Virus record (IMG/VR): IMGVR_UViG_3300032931_001151
Coordinates: 124,001-188,000 of that record
Length of the DNA: 64,000 bases
Direction: 5' to 3' (one strand)
Below the pieces are notes generated by a model. That model was not told the DNA's origin. It searched no databases and was given only the letters and a program-made list of their open reading frames with translations. A program made the position numbers and the translations under genes. Numbering within the stretch: position 1 is the first letter of the stretch; each line of letters begins with the position of its first letter. Shown piece after piece: positions 1 through 8,415 of the stretch.

Positions 1-21
1 TATTTCCGTATAATGACATTT

Positions 22-681
22 TTAAACCTTTTTAATAACATATCTATCGGATGGAACTATACCGGAATGCACCCATGTAATTGGTAATATAATCTTATCC
101 GGTTCACTTTCTTTTAGTTGAATTTGGCCTATTGATGCGGGATGTAAATCTTTTATTTCCATTTCAAATACTTTTTCTTGGTGATTATTCAATATAAGTA
201 ATGTGCCATTTACATAGAATCTCTTATAATACTCATATTCTTGAAACTTCATATGTTCTTCGGGATTATGTGCCGCCAATAACCAAAAATACATTAATCT
301 ATATACAAACCAATCTTCATCATTCATTACATTCATTGTTAAATCGCCAAACTCCAATTTACCCATAACATGCTTTACCGTAGCCATTTGAGTTTGCATA
401 GATGCATACCCCACGTTCATTTCTGGCAAGTCTACATTTTGTACAAATAATAAAAAGTTTTTAAGGTCAGTATTTCGTTCTACGAAAACTTCTTGTCTTA
501 TTTTCTCTAACTCTATATTATTCTTTCCAAATTGCAATTGTAAGTTTAATAAATATTCATCTGTAAATTTAGAAAGAAGATAACTAGTTGGAATGGAATC
601 TAATATGAATATATACTTATTAGTATGAGATTCATTAATGAGTAACTCTGAATTAAATACTATTTGATCACAAATGGCCAT
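22..681 (-). CDS. gp3: Tail terminator / tail completion protein (T4 gp3-like, tail-tube fold)
   Basis: Segment 'VQNVDLPEMNVG...KLEFGDLTMNVMNDEDWFVYRLMYFWL' resembles T4-like gp3; tail/baseplate context. Confidence 0.6.
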   Translation of the reverse strand: MAICDQIVFNSELLINESHTNKYIFILDSIPTSYLLSKFTDEYLLNLQLQFGKNNIELEKIRQEVFVERNTDLKNFLLFVQNVDLPEMNVGYASMQTQMATVKHVMGKLEFGDLTMNVMNDEDWFVYRLMYFWLLAAHNPEEHMKFQEYEYYKRFYVNGTLLILNNHQEKVFEMEIKDLHPASIGQIQLKESEPDKIILPITWVHSGIVPSDRYVIKKV

Positions 682-690
682 AAAATATCC

Positions 691-1077
691 TTAATAAAGA
701 TCCATTAGTCTAAAATAAGTAACTTTTACATCACTCATAGTAGTTGAAGGTGCTCCAGAAGTACCAGAAGTGCCGGATGTCCCCGATGTTCCGGGGGTTA
801 AGGTGGTTGTAAGTCTAACTATAACTCGATATACGCCTTTAATCCACGATTCATCAGTTTGGAGTCTATATGAGTACCATCCAGGTCTTGAATATATTTG
901 ATCCATTTGCGTGGAAACTAATAAGTTATCTTCAGTGTCATGAATCTCTATGGTAGCTCCGTCTGCCCAACGATAATCATTGGACTCGGGGGGAATAGAT
1001 TGGTCAACATATGGCTTATTACTCACTTCAATGGTAACACTCTGTCCAATTCGTATTGCGATATCTTTTGCGTACAT
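691..1077 (-). CDS. Hypothetical virion protein, beta-rich, with (GTS)4 loop
   Basis: 128-aa ORF co-oriented in the baseplate operon; GTSGTSGTSGTSG at 754-792. Confidence 0.55.
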   Translation of the reverse strand: MYAKDIAIRIGQSVTIEVSNKPYVDQSIPPESNDYRWADGATIEIHDTEDNLLVSTQMDQIYSRPGWYSYRLQTDESWIKGVYRVIVRLTTTLTPGTSGTSGTSGTSGAPSTTMSDVKVTYFRLMDLY

Positions 1078-1086
1078 ATAAGTCCT

Positions 1087-1293
1087 TTAGGCAATAAAGT
1101 ATATATCTATTTTATTAGTTTCAAAAATTATTAAATCTGATATTAGTGGTTGATATTTTGTTGTATCTTCTATGGGGATAATAGGAGTTACTGGAACTAT
1201 AGGAGTTGGACTAATGCATTCCTCAACCTCATGGGTATTGCCCCAATCGGCCCACCAACTTCTATTATTAGCATTAGGTACTTCGTCCGTCAT
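1087..1293 (-). CDS. Hypothetical protein (Pro/Ile-rich)
   Basis: 68-aa ORF tightly packed between co-oriented genes. Confidence 0.5.
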   Translation of the reverse strand: MTDEVPNANNRSWWADWGNTHEVEECISPTPIVPVTPIIPIEDTTKYQPLISDLIIFETNKIDIYFIA

Positions 1294-1294
1294 A

Positions 1295-2749
1295 TTAACT
1301 ACCTTTAAGTTGTGAATTAGAGGATAAGGTACTTATCCTTGGTATAAAGTTATTTATCCGTTTAGAATCTATTAAGAAGTATGAATCTCTAACTAATTCA
1401 ATCTCGGATACGGCTTTACCACTTGAGGATATCTTATCGGTAATACTCCATATAACCCAATCCCCCGAATTCATTAAGTCTATCCCAACCGATTTATCGG
1501 AACTTGGTAATGTTATATTTACTTTTTCTCCTGGATTTCTAAATTCATTTGCATAGGAATATATAACTATTCTATTTGCTCCAAGCATTATTCTTTTACT
1601 ATATAAATTTCTAAAGTAGTTTTGTACTTGATTTGTATCATATGAGGTAGCACCCATAAATGTATTGTTAATGGAAGACCATTGATTTCCCCAAGATTTC
1701 TTATTTGCTTCCTTTTGATACACACTCCACATGCCCAATCCAGAATATGATTGTAAGAAATTCTCAAATGTGGTTGAGAAATATGAAGTTCCCCCTATTG
1801 CATCTCTACCTACAATAGTTTCCCCATTCATACCAAAGAAAAGCATACTACCATCGAATGATTTTTGCATTCTACCTAAAATAACATCTTGAGGACTATA
1901 ATCTTTGTCTTTTCCATCGGCTGGAGATTTGAATTGTTGTGGAGTTGTATTTTCCGTGCCCGGAGTAGGATCACGGAGCATTTGGTCAGATCTTTGAGAA
2001 GAAAATTGTCTAAATGCCTTTCCCTTCAACAAATTAAATATTGAGTTATAATGAATTGTTTGGTGCTTCATTGAGCTAACGGTGGTAGACATGTCATCTT
2101 GTCTAATAGTAAGAACATAAAACGGCTCATTGTTTGTAGTAACCGCAAACTTTTGTAAGTATTTTAATGTTTTTATTAATGTCCAATTAGGAACCCAAAA
2201 GTCTATTAACCCTTTAGTTGGTTGAGGTTTTGCTATATTGTAGTAATCTTCAATAAAATTAATTCCCTTTAAACTATCATATACTATATCAGAAATTGCG
2301 GCTTGATTATTGGGGTATGTTTTATAAATTGAAGAATTACTAAACATTTCAAATGCTGGAAATTCAACTAAATGAATAACCATAAATTTACTACCAGGAT
2401 TCGCATTAATTAAATTAAAGTTATCTACCATTTGTATGTCAAATACTCTAAAATAAACTATTTTTTCTCCGGTGTTTTGGTCACTTGCTTTATTCTTATA
2501 TCTTACCCCTATAATCTCATTTCCAGTAAACGGAGTTGATTCCGCTAATTGAGTTTGATCGTGTAATACTATTTTACCAATTTTAAAATATTGATCTAGC
2601 GAATCCGTTATTTCTACCCCGATTACGTTTGGCAACATAGTCCCAGTAGAAAATAATTTATGACCATCAAGACCTTTTGCGAAGTCTTGCATTCTAACCA
2701 TGCTCACTCCATATGAGCAACTTTCAACTAGTGTAGAAACTTCATTCAT
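1295..2749 (-). CDS. Baseplate hub protein (gp27-like)
   Basis: 'EITDSLDQYFKIGKIVLHDQTQLAESTPFTGNEII' is typical of T4-like hub N-termini; follows the gp53-like gene. Confidence 0.6.
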   Translation of the reverse strand: MNEVSTLVESCSYGVSMVRMQDFAKGLDGHKLFSTGTMLPNVIGVEITDSLDQYFKIGKIVLHDQTQLAESTPFTGNEIIGVRYKNKASDQNTGEKIVYFRVFDIQMVDNFNLINANPGSKFMVIHLVEFPAFEMFSNSSIYKTYPNNQAAISDIVYDSLKGINFIEDYYNIAKPQPTKGLIDFWVPNWTLIKTLKYLQKFAVTTNNEPFYVLTIRQDDMSTTVSSMKHQTIHYNSIFNLLKGKAFRQFSSQRSDQMLRDPTPGTENTTPQQFKSPADGKDKDYSPQDVILGRMQKSFDGSMLFFGMNGETIVGRDAIGGTSYFSTTFENFLQSYSGLGMWSVYQKEANKKSWGNQWSSINNTFMGATSYDTNQVQNYFRNLYSKRIMLGANRIVIYSYANEFRNPGEKVNITLPSSDKSVGIDLMNSGDWVIWSITDKISSSGKAVSEIELVRDSYFLIDSKRINNFIPRISTLSSNSQLKGS

Positions 2750-3171
2750 TAAATATTTCCGCCCTTTGCGTTTACTTCGTCATTGATAGCCTTTATTCGT
2801 TTCATCTCTGATATTATACTCGAAATATATTGTATTTTTAATATATTAATAACTCCATTATTCAAATTCTTATTTACTACATCGTCAATATATGTAAAAG
2901 GATCTTCTACGTTATTAACTATTAAAGTTATCCACCATAACCTATCGGATTGATAAAATAATTTTGCTAGTCTTTCTAATGTGTCTTCTTGAGTCGGCCT
3001 ATATAAAAAAGTTGGCAATCTATTATTGCTACCACGAGTTATGTTATCAATTTGATATGCGTCCCATATATCTAAACTATTTTGTGCTATTTGAGAAGAG
3101 TCATAAACTATTTCAGAGAATAGATTTACGAAACTTTCTTGTGGTACATTTTTTTTATTATTAACAATCAT
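2749..3171 (-). CDS. gp53: Baseplate wedge protein gp53-like (LysM-like)
   Basis: 'DTLERLAKLFYQSDRLWWITLIVNNVEDPF' motif. Confidence 0.75.
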   Translation of the reverse strand: MIVNNKKNVPQESFVNLFSEIVYDSSQIAQNSLDIWDAYQIDNITRGSNNRLPTFLYRPTQEDTLERLAKLFYQSDRLWWITLIVNNVEDPFTYIDDVVNKNLNNGVINILKIQYISSIISEMKRIKAINDEVNAKGGNI

Positions 3172-3179
3172 AAGAACCT

Positions 3180-4382
3180 TTAAGGATTGTTTTGACGGTT
3201 ATTTGAACCGTATTGATTTTGTAATACAATGAAATCATCAGAGAATAACGGCTCAGAAGTCTTAAGTTGTAATTCACATTCCGCAATAGCTGGATATGCT
3301 ATGTTAGCATTACTTAAAGATGCCTCCGTGATAGTTTGCCCTTGTCCTAAAGAATTCTTTAATGATGGGCCAGATCCGTCAATTGAAACCCTAAACTTAT
3401 ATCTAAATTTAGTTATGTAACAATTCTTATAACTAAATAATCCCCCATTGTGAAATACATTAACATATGCGGGAGGTTTTGAAACGAATACTCTAAATCC
3501 AGGATTAATAGCAGACATTTTAGCTTCTATATCCATATCACTTTGACCTTTAGGCGGTTGTCCTTGTGAATCGGTTCCATTTACACCCGTTGGAGTTTGT
3601 GGAATTATATTCATTGATTTTCCAAAACTATTTAATGCTCCATTAATTCCGGGAGTTGTAGTATTATCTCTTTTAGGATATGAAATTTGGGTAAGTAACA
3701 TTATAGGATCATATATATCTCTAATAAAATTTTCTTCCCCGCCGGCGGTGAATAGTACGAATGGTATAGTTATACTTTGCTTCTCGGTATATTGATATGT
3801 CTCAACAAAATCTCTTCTTCTATTAGGAGTCGCTTCAAATGGCCCAGTAATACCACTAGCACCTTTTGCTAAATTCTCAAATTTAGTTCTAGTATCATCT
3901 ATTCCGCCTATTATTTTAGACGCACCATCTAAAATTTGATCAAATATACTAGGATTTTTGTCCCAGTTGTGAACGTGTTCAATTTCAACTCCAATCGCAC
4001 CGTCGTCTGGTTGAGTTGGAGAGATATGAATCTCATATAGTGGTTCTGGTGGAGAGGTTGATGATCCATCCGCATTAGTCCCATAAGAATACTTACTTAT
4101 TATAGACCCATTAGCTCCCTTTTCAGTAGTTGTCTTAAATGGTTGATTAGTTAATACTTGTATTACTATATCACGGGGATTGAATAAATCATGCGTTTTT
4201 AAATTCATTAATGATTGTGCTTGCGACGTATCACCAAATTTTTTATATTGAACACCTATAGAAGATGATGCTTCTCTATTACTATTAGCAGGAGAACTTC
4301 CCGAATATTTTGTTGGAAATCTCTTTAATCCTACATCAGAACAAGCCTCGGGTGTTGGAAGGAATTTTTTAGTAACAGCCAT
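3180..4382 (-). CDS. Baseplate-tail tube junction protein (gp48/gp54-like)
   Basis: Lies between tape measure and gp53; C-terminal 'CYITKFRYKF...IAECELQLK' tube-like strands. Confidence 0.45.
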   Translation of the reverse strand: MAVTKKFLPTPEACSDVGLKRFPTKYSGSSPANSNREASSSIGVQYKKFGDTSQAQSLMNLKTHDLFNPRDIVIQVLTNQPFKTTTEKGANGSIISKYSYGTNADGSSTSPPEPLYEIHISPTQPDDGAIGVEIEHVHNWDKNPSIFDQILDGASKIIGGIDDTRTKFENLAKGASGITGPFEATPNRRRDFVETYQYTEKQSITIPFVLFTAGGEENFIRDIYDPIMLLTQISYPKRDNTTTPGINGALNSFGKSMNIIPQTPTGVNGTDSQGQPPKGQSDMDIEAKMSAINPGFRVFVSKPPAYVNVFHNGGLFSYKNCYITKFRYKFRVSIDGSGPSLKNSLGQGQTITEASLSNANIAYPAIAECELQLKTSEPLFSDDFIVLQNQYGSNNRQNNP

Positions 4383-4385
4383 AAA

Positions 4386-6491
4386 TTATCTCCTACCCAA
4401 TAAGCCAGTAGCAATCATTTTAGCAATGCTCATTTGATCATCTTGAGTTTGCCCATGTGATTTTGATGTTTGTGGAATATCATCTATTTTTTTAATTATT
4501 TCGGATAATGTTTTCATTATAATATCACTTGGAGACTCTTTTTTATTCGGTTTAGCGGTTGTAGTTCCGCCAGTGTACATACTTGTATAACTTTGAGTTA
4601 TGCTTTCGTAAAATGAAGGGGTTTCCATAGTATCCATCTTATAACTTATATCACTAACAATATCTTTAATTTCAATATTTTGATCTTTGATATCTATAAT
4701 AGCTTTAAATAATTCCGAATTATTTAGCATAGAACTAAAAGAGTTATCATCAATATTAAATGTTTTCTTTAAGAATGCCAACCCTTGCTCATTTAATGGT
4801 ATAGCAGCCTCCGGACCCGCCTCTGCGAATACCGCACGCATAGGTTGTAATGCTATCTTACCTTCAGCGAACCAATTCATGGGATTTATGGTATCTACTA
4901 CACTCTTTCCCCAACTTGCCAATTTATCTGTTACTGCGGAGAATTTCTCAGCTACAATATTGCCAACTTTAGAAGCGGCTTGTGATATCATTTTAGCAGG
5001 ATTAGAAATGAATTCCCAAATACTATTAATTATACCAGAAATGAAATCCCATCCAGATTTAAATGCTTCCCATATCCATGAAATAACGACCATTAAAGTC
5101 TTTGTTATCCAATCAATTACGGGTTGTAGATAAGTATTCCAAAGACCGACTATCTTATCAACCCACGGTTTTATATGCTCTTCATAGAACGCAAAAGCCC
5201 ATTTAAACAGTTTATATAACATATACCCAATTATTAATACTACGGCAATTATAATTATTCCCGCAATTGATGATATTAGACTTAATACGGTTATAAATGC
5301 CAACATTGGTGTTATCACCCCAATTAAATATGCCAATATGCTAAACACTAATGGTACTATGAAAAATAGCGTAGTAAACAATAACACTCCGGTCATTAGT
5401 AAAGTTGCTGCACTAAATAAAACAACTGCCATAAGTAAAGGTATTAAAAAGAATACAACTGCGAATATGGTAGCAACTACTAATAATGCCATTATTGAAG
5501 CTATGAGTAGCAATTCCAAAACAGTAAATATCATAAATGCGAATAAAGTCATTACAACTAAGAATACGGTAGCCATTGTCGTCATTGCAATTATAAACAA
5601 TGAAGCCATAAGAGTGATTGCCGTTATTGCTACCGATGCCATAAATCCAACTATTATACCTACTATAGTCAATAAACCCGTAACTATAGCCGTTGCTAAT
5701 GAAAATAGTAATGTAATTACTGTTGTCGCTAGTGCAAATACTAACGATACTATAGTGGTAGTCAAAGTAAACAAGAATGTTATAACTGATAATGTCAATG
5801 AGAATAAAAAGGATATAACCGTCATTAGTAATTCAAATGCTATTACTACTATCTCCATAATAAATCTAATAACCGTCATTATCATCTCACCAACAAATTT
5901 AATAGCATCTATTAATGGATCAAATAACTTCTTAACATATTCCATTATTTTAGCAACGGGATTGAATGATGCTAACTTAGAAGAAAATGAAGATATAGCA
6001 CCCTTAATGCTCGTAAAAGCACTTGATAGTGCTTTAATTGGTGCAATATTTTGAACTTTAGTTTTTATAGTTTCTGATAATTGCTCAATTACACTTTTGC
6101 TAAATGATATAGCTTTGAGTGGAGCCGACATAACATTACTAACGCTTGTTGCTATATTTTTATATAATATACTTGATGTATTGTTTAATCCTGCTTGAAT
6201 TGACGCCATAGTATCATAATTAGTGCCAACCTTATTATTAATATTCTCTATTATTTTCTTTTGTTCTTTAATAGGAAACTCTTCAAATCCTATTTCTTTT
6301 TTAAATTTATTAACTAATTCATCTCTTTCTTTAATAAATTCATTAGATTTCGGATCTAATCTAGTTGATAGATCGTCCAATGTGCTTTTTAATTTATTAA
6401 ATTTATCATCAATGTCGGCATTAGGCTTAGATGAAGGGATTACTCTCCTCATCAAATCTCCAGCCATTGATGCTGTTATTGTTCCTGCCAT
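4386..6491 (-). CDS. Tape measure protein
   Basis: Long helical protein with 11-residue periodicity, Trp-spaced repeats and the C-terminal 'AEAGPEAAIPL' motif; follows the tube and chaperone genes; has its own late promoter. Confidence 0.75.
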   Translation of the reverse strand: MAGTITASMAGDLMRRVIPSSKPNADIDDKFNKLKSTLDDLSTRLDPKSNEFIKERDELVNKFKKEIGFEEFPIKEQKKIIENINNKVGTNYDTMASIQAGLNNTSSILYKNIATSVSNVMSAPLKAISFSKSVIEQLSETIKTKVQNIAPIKALSSAFTSIKGAISSFSSKLASFNPVAKIMEYVKKLFDPLIDAIKFVGEMIMTVIRFIMEIVVIAFELLMTVISFLFSLTLSVITFLFTLTTTIVSLVFALATTVITLLFSLATAIVTGLLTIVGIIVGFMASVAITAITLMASLFIIAMTTMATVFLVVMTLFAFMIFTVLELLLIASIMALLVVATIFAVVFFLIPLLMAVVLFSAATLLMTGVLLFTTLFFIVPLVFSILAYLIGVITPMLAFITVLSLISSIAGIIIIAVVLIIGYMLYKLFKWAFAFYEEHIKPWVDKIVGLWNTYLQPVIDWITKTLMVVISWIWEAFKSGWDFISGIINSIWEFISNPAKMISQAASKVGNIVAEKFSAVTDKLASWGKSVVDTINPMNWFAEGKIALQPMRAVFAEAGPEAAIPLNEQGLAFLKKTFNIDDNSFSSMLNNSELFKAIIDIKDQNIEIKDIVSDISYKMDTMETPSFYESITQSYTSMYTGGTTTAKPNKKESPSDIIMKTLSEIIKKIDDIPQTSKSHGQTQDDQMSIAKMIATGLLGRR

Positions 6492-6532
6492 TAAATTACC
6501 TTTTTAGTTAATATTCATACATATACAAAGAG

Positions 6533-6540
6533 TATTTATA
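6533..6540 (-). promoter_or_regulatory. T4-type late promoter TATAAATA (tape measure operon)
   Basis: Exact consensus upstream of 6491. Confidence 0.7.
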
Positions 6541-6545
6541 ATAAT

Positions 6546-6833
6546 TTAATGCTTCTTTAGTTCGTTGGCACCAGAATTGGTTCCATATGCCCCGGCGATA
6601 GTCTTACAAATAACTTCGACCGCTTTATTAGCAAATTCAAAGGTGTTTTCTATGAACTTCTTCTTTTGTTCATTATCATCTGTATATTTTTTCTTGAAAA
6701 AGATTCTAAAAAATTCAAACTCAAGGTGATCAAGCTCGTTGATTTGATCTATATTTAATAAACCATTAGACCACACAAGTAACTCAATAATTTGGTTTAT
6801 CGCATTACGATACCCCAAATCAAAGGTCATCAA
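6546..6833 (-). CDS. Tail/baseplate assembly chaperone (gp51-like); possible -1 frameshift extension of the upstream gene
   Basis: Small ORF in the -1 frame directly after the gp26-like gene; TGATG stop/start overlap; no close SD. Confidence 0.55.
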   Translation of the reverse strand: MMTFDLGYRNAINQIIELLVWSNGLLNIDQINELDHLEFEFFRIFFKKKYTDDNEQKKKFIENTFEFANKAVEVICKTIAGAYGTNSGANELKKH

Positions 6834-7627
6834 CTGATAAAAAAAACGGCTACGTTAACCTCCTCTTGAGAAGTATGCTCACAATTAGTACAAGTGAAAC
6901 TAAATGGCAAAGTTACACCAAATTCAAGAGATTCTACATAATCCGTAATAACTTTTAAGTCATTTGAGGTTAAATTGTCCATAAATGACACTTTTTCACC
7001 AATATCCTTGAAGTCAACCTTTTGAGGCTCGCCACCCCCTATTTTAATATATACATTTTTAATAACCGCAGCAAGAATAGCAAATTGCTTATCGGTCATT
7101 GTTTTTAGTTTATTCTTTTTTATATATTCTTCACTTTGGATTTCATCGCTTCTCGTAACAACGCCTAATTCTAATACTAATTGATTATCCCCATTTTTAA
7201 TATTAATTTTAGCATTTTCCCCATCACCCTCATAGAATTTTAAATTTAAACTATCAGTTTTAAATGATATATTCTTATTTACAAATTCACATTTTGGGCA
7301 TTGGTGTGCTATTTTGCATTCCTCTTCACCGTTTGCAACTCTAATGTAGACAAGTATTTGTTGTCTTTCTTGGGTTGTCAACTCTTTTGGATTAAACTCA
7401 CCACCATCTGGTAACTCAACATACTTCATAATTATATCATCAAGTACACTATTGACTATAATCTCATTTTTACTTTCAATAGACTTTAGAAGTTCTTTTT
7501 TATCTTTTACTTTTAGCGGCCTAACTAGAATTGTTTTTCGTGAATAGCACAACTCTATAGACATTTGTGCTGAAATAACGGATTGAGAATAGGCTTTCTT
7601 GAGATCTGTAATAGAAATAGTTGACAT
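6830..7627 (-). CDS. gp26: Baseplate hub assembly / tail chaperone (gp26-like)
   Basis: 'VRPLKVKDKKELL', two CxxC pairs and C-terminal 'FF'; T4 gp26-like architecture. Confidence 0.7.
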   Translation of the reverse strand: MSTISITDLKKAYSQSVISAQMSIELCYSRKTILVRPLKVKDKKELLKSIESKNEIIVNSVLDDIIMKYVELPDGGEFNPKELTTQERQQILVYIRVANGEEECKIAHQCPKCEFVNKNISFKTDSLNLKFYEGDGENAKINIKNGDNQLVLELGVVTRSDEIQSEEYIKKNKLKTMTDKQFAILAAVIKNVYIKIGGGEPQKVDFKDIGEKVSFMDNLTSNDLKVITDYVESLEFGVTLPFSFTCTNCEHTSQEEVNVAVFFIS

Positions 7628-7680
7628 AATAAATCTCCTTTATTATTAATTATAACATAAATTGTATTTTTATTCAATAA

Positions 7681-7709
7681 AATAAGCCAACTTTTTTAGT
7701 TGGCTTATT
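7681..7709 (-). terminator. Intrinsic terminator after the tail tube gene
   Basis: 12-bp stem AATAAGCCAACT/AGTTGGCTTATT. Confidence 0.75.
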
Positions 7710-7734
7710 CTATATAAGCAAATTTTAAATACTT

Positions 7735-8391
7735 TTAGAATACGTTTTGGACTTGTAATCCGAACGTTCCAGCAATTGAGCCAATAGTTCCGCTAACTGT
7801 CGCCGCAACTGATCCAATTCCAGTGTCAACCGATATACCAACGAAGAACGAGTCCGCATTTGCATTGGTTCCAGATCCGGCCATGGTCCAATAATCATAT
7901 GTAAATTCAACTTCAAATTGCTCTGGTTGTTCTCCACCTTCTTGGGCAACTTCAATATTTCCGACTTTTGTGGGGAACATACCAACGAATTGGTATTGAA
8001 CTACCGATTGTGACATTCTATCAAGTTGAACAACTTTAATGTTATCAGCCTTATATTCAATCGGAGCACCATTTCTCATAATTGAGGGGTCGTATTCTCT
8101 TTGCATCCATCCAACCAATTTATTACGGATTGAGTGACCTTCATCACAAAGAAACTTAACTGACCATTTTCCGTCAAATTGAGCAGTATGAGCGATACGC
8201 CACTTTTGAGTTTGGAATGGCACTTCAACGGTCCCAATAGTATACTCGGGAAGTGTAGTAGATCTTGCGAATGCTGTTACTTTTTCGTCAGACGCAAGAT
8301 AGGGAATGCTAATAAGGAATAAGTACGGACGAGAGATATCTCTTATTACATTACCAAATTGTTTAATATTTTGAATTCCATTTAGAGCCAT
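7735..8391 (-). CDS. gp19: Tail tube protein gp19
   Basis: 'RPYLF', 'TTLPEYTIGTVEVPF', 'GMFPTKVGNI', 'EQFEVEFTYDYW'; directly after the sheath gene. Confidence 0.9.
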   Translation of the reverse strand: MALNGIQNIKQFGNVIRDISRPYLFLISIPYLASDEKVTAFARSTTLPEYTIGTVEVPFQTQKWRIAHTAQFDGKWSVKFLCDEGHSIRNKLVGWMQREYDPSIMRNGAPIEYKADNIKVVQLDRMSQSVVQYQFVGMFPTKVGNIEVAQEGGEQPEQFEVEFTYDYWTMAGSGTNANADSFFVGISVDTGIGSVAATVSGTIGSIAGTFGLQVQNVF

Positions 8392-8415
8392 AGTAATTCT
8401 CCTTTAATTTTTAGA

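Noticed and set aside
1-19. Start of another minus-strand gene (ATG at 19)
   Set aside because: Only six codons lie in the window, so it cannot be assigned.
5338-6054. 238-aa plus-strand ORF (and 4687-5133, 6223-6507)
   Set aside because: Antisense shadow of the hydrophobic tape measure codons; no SD, and biased I/N/T/A composition.
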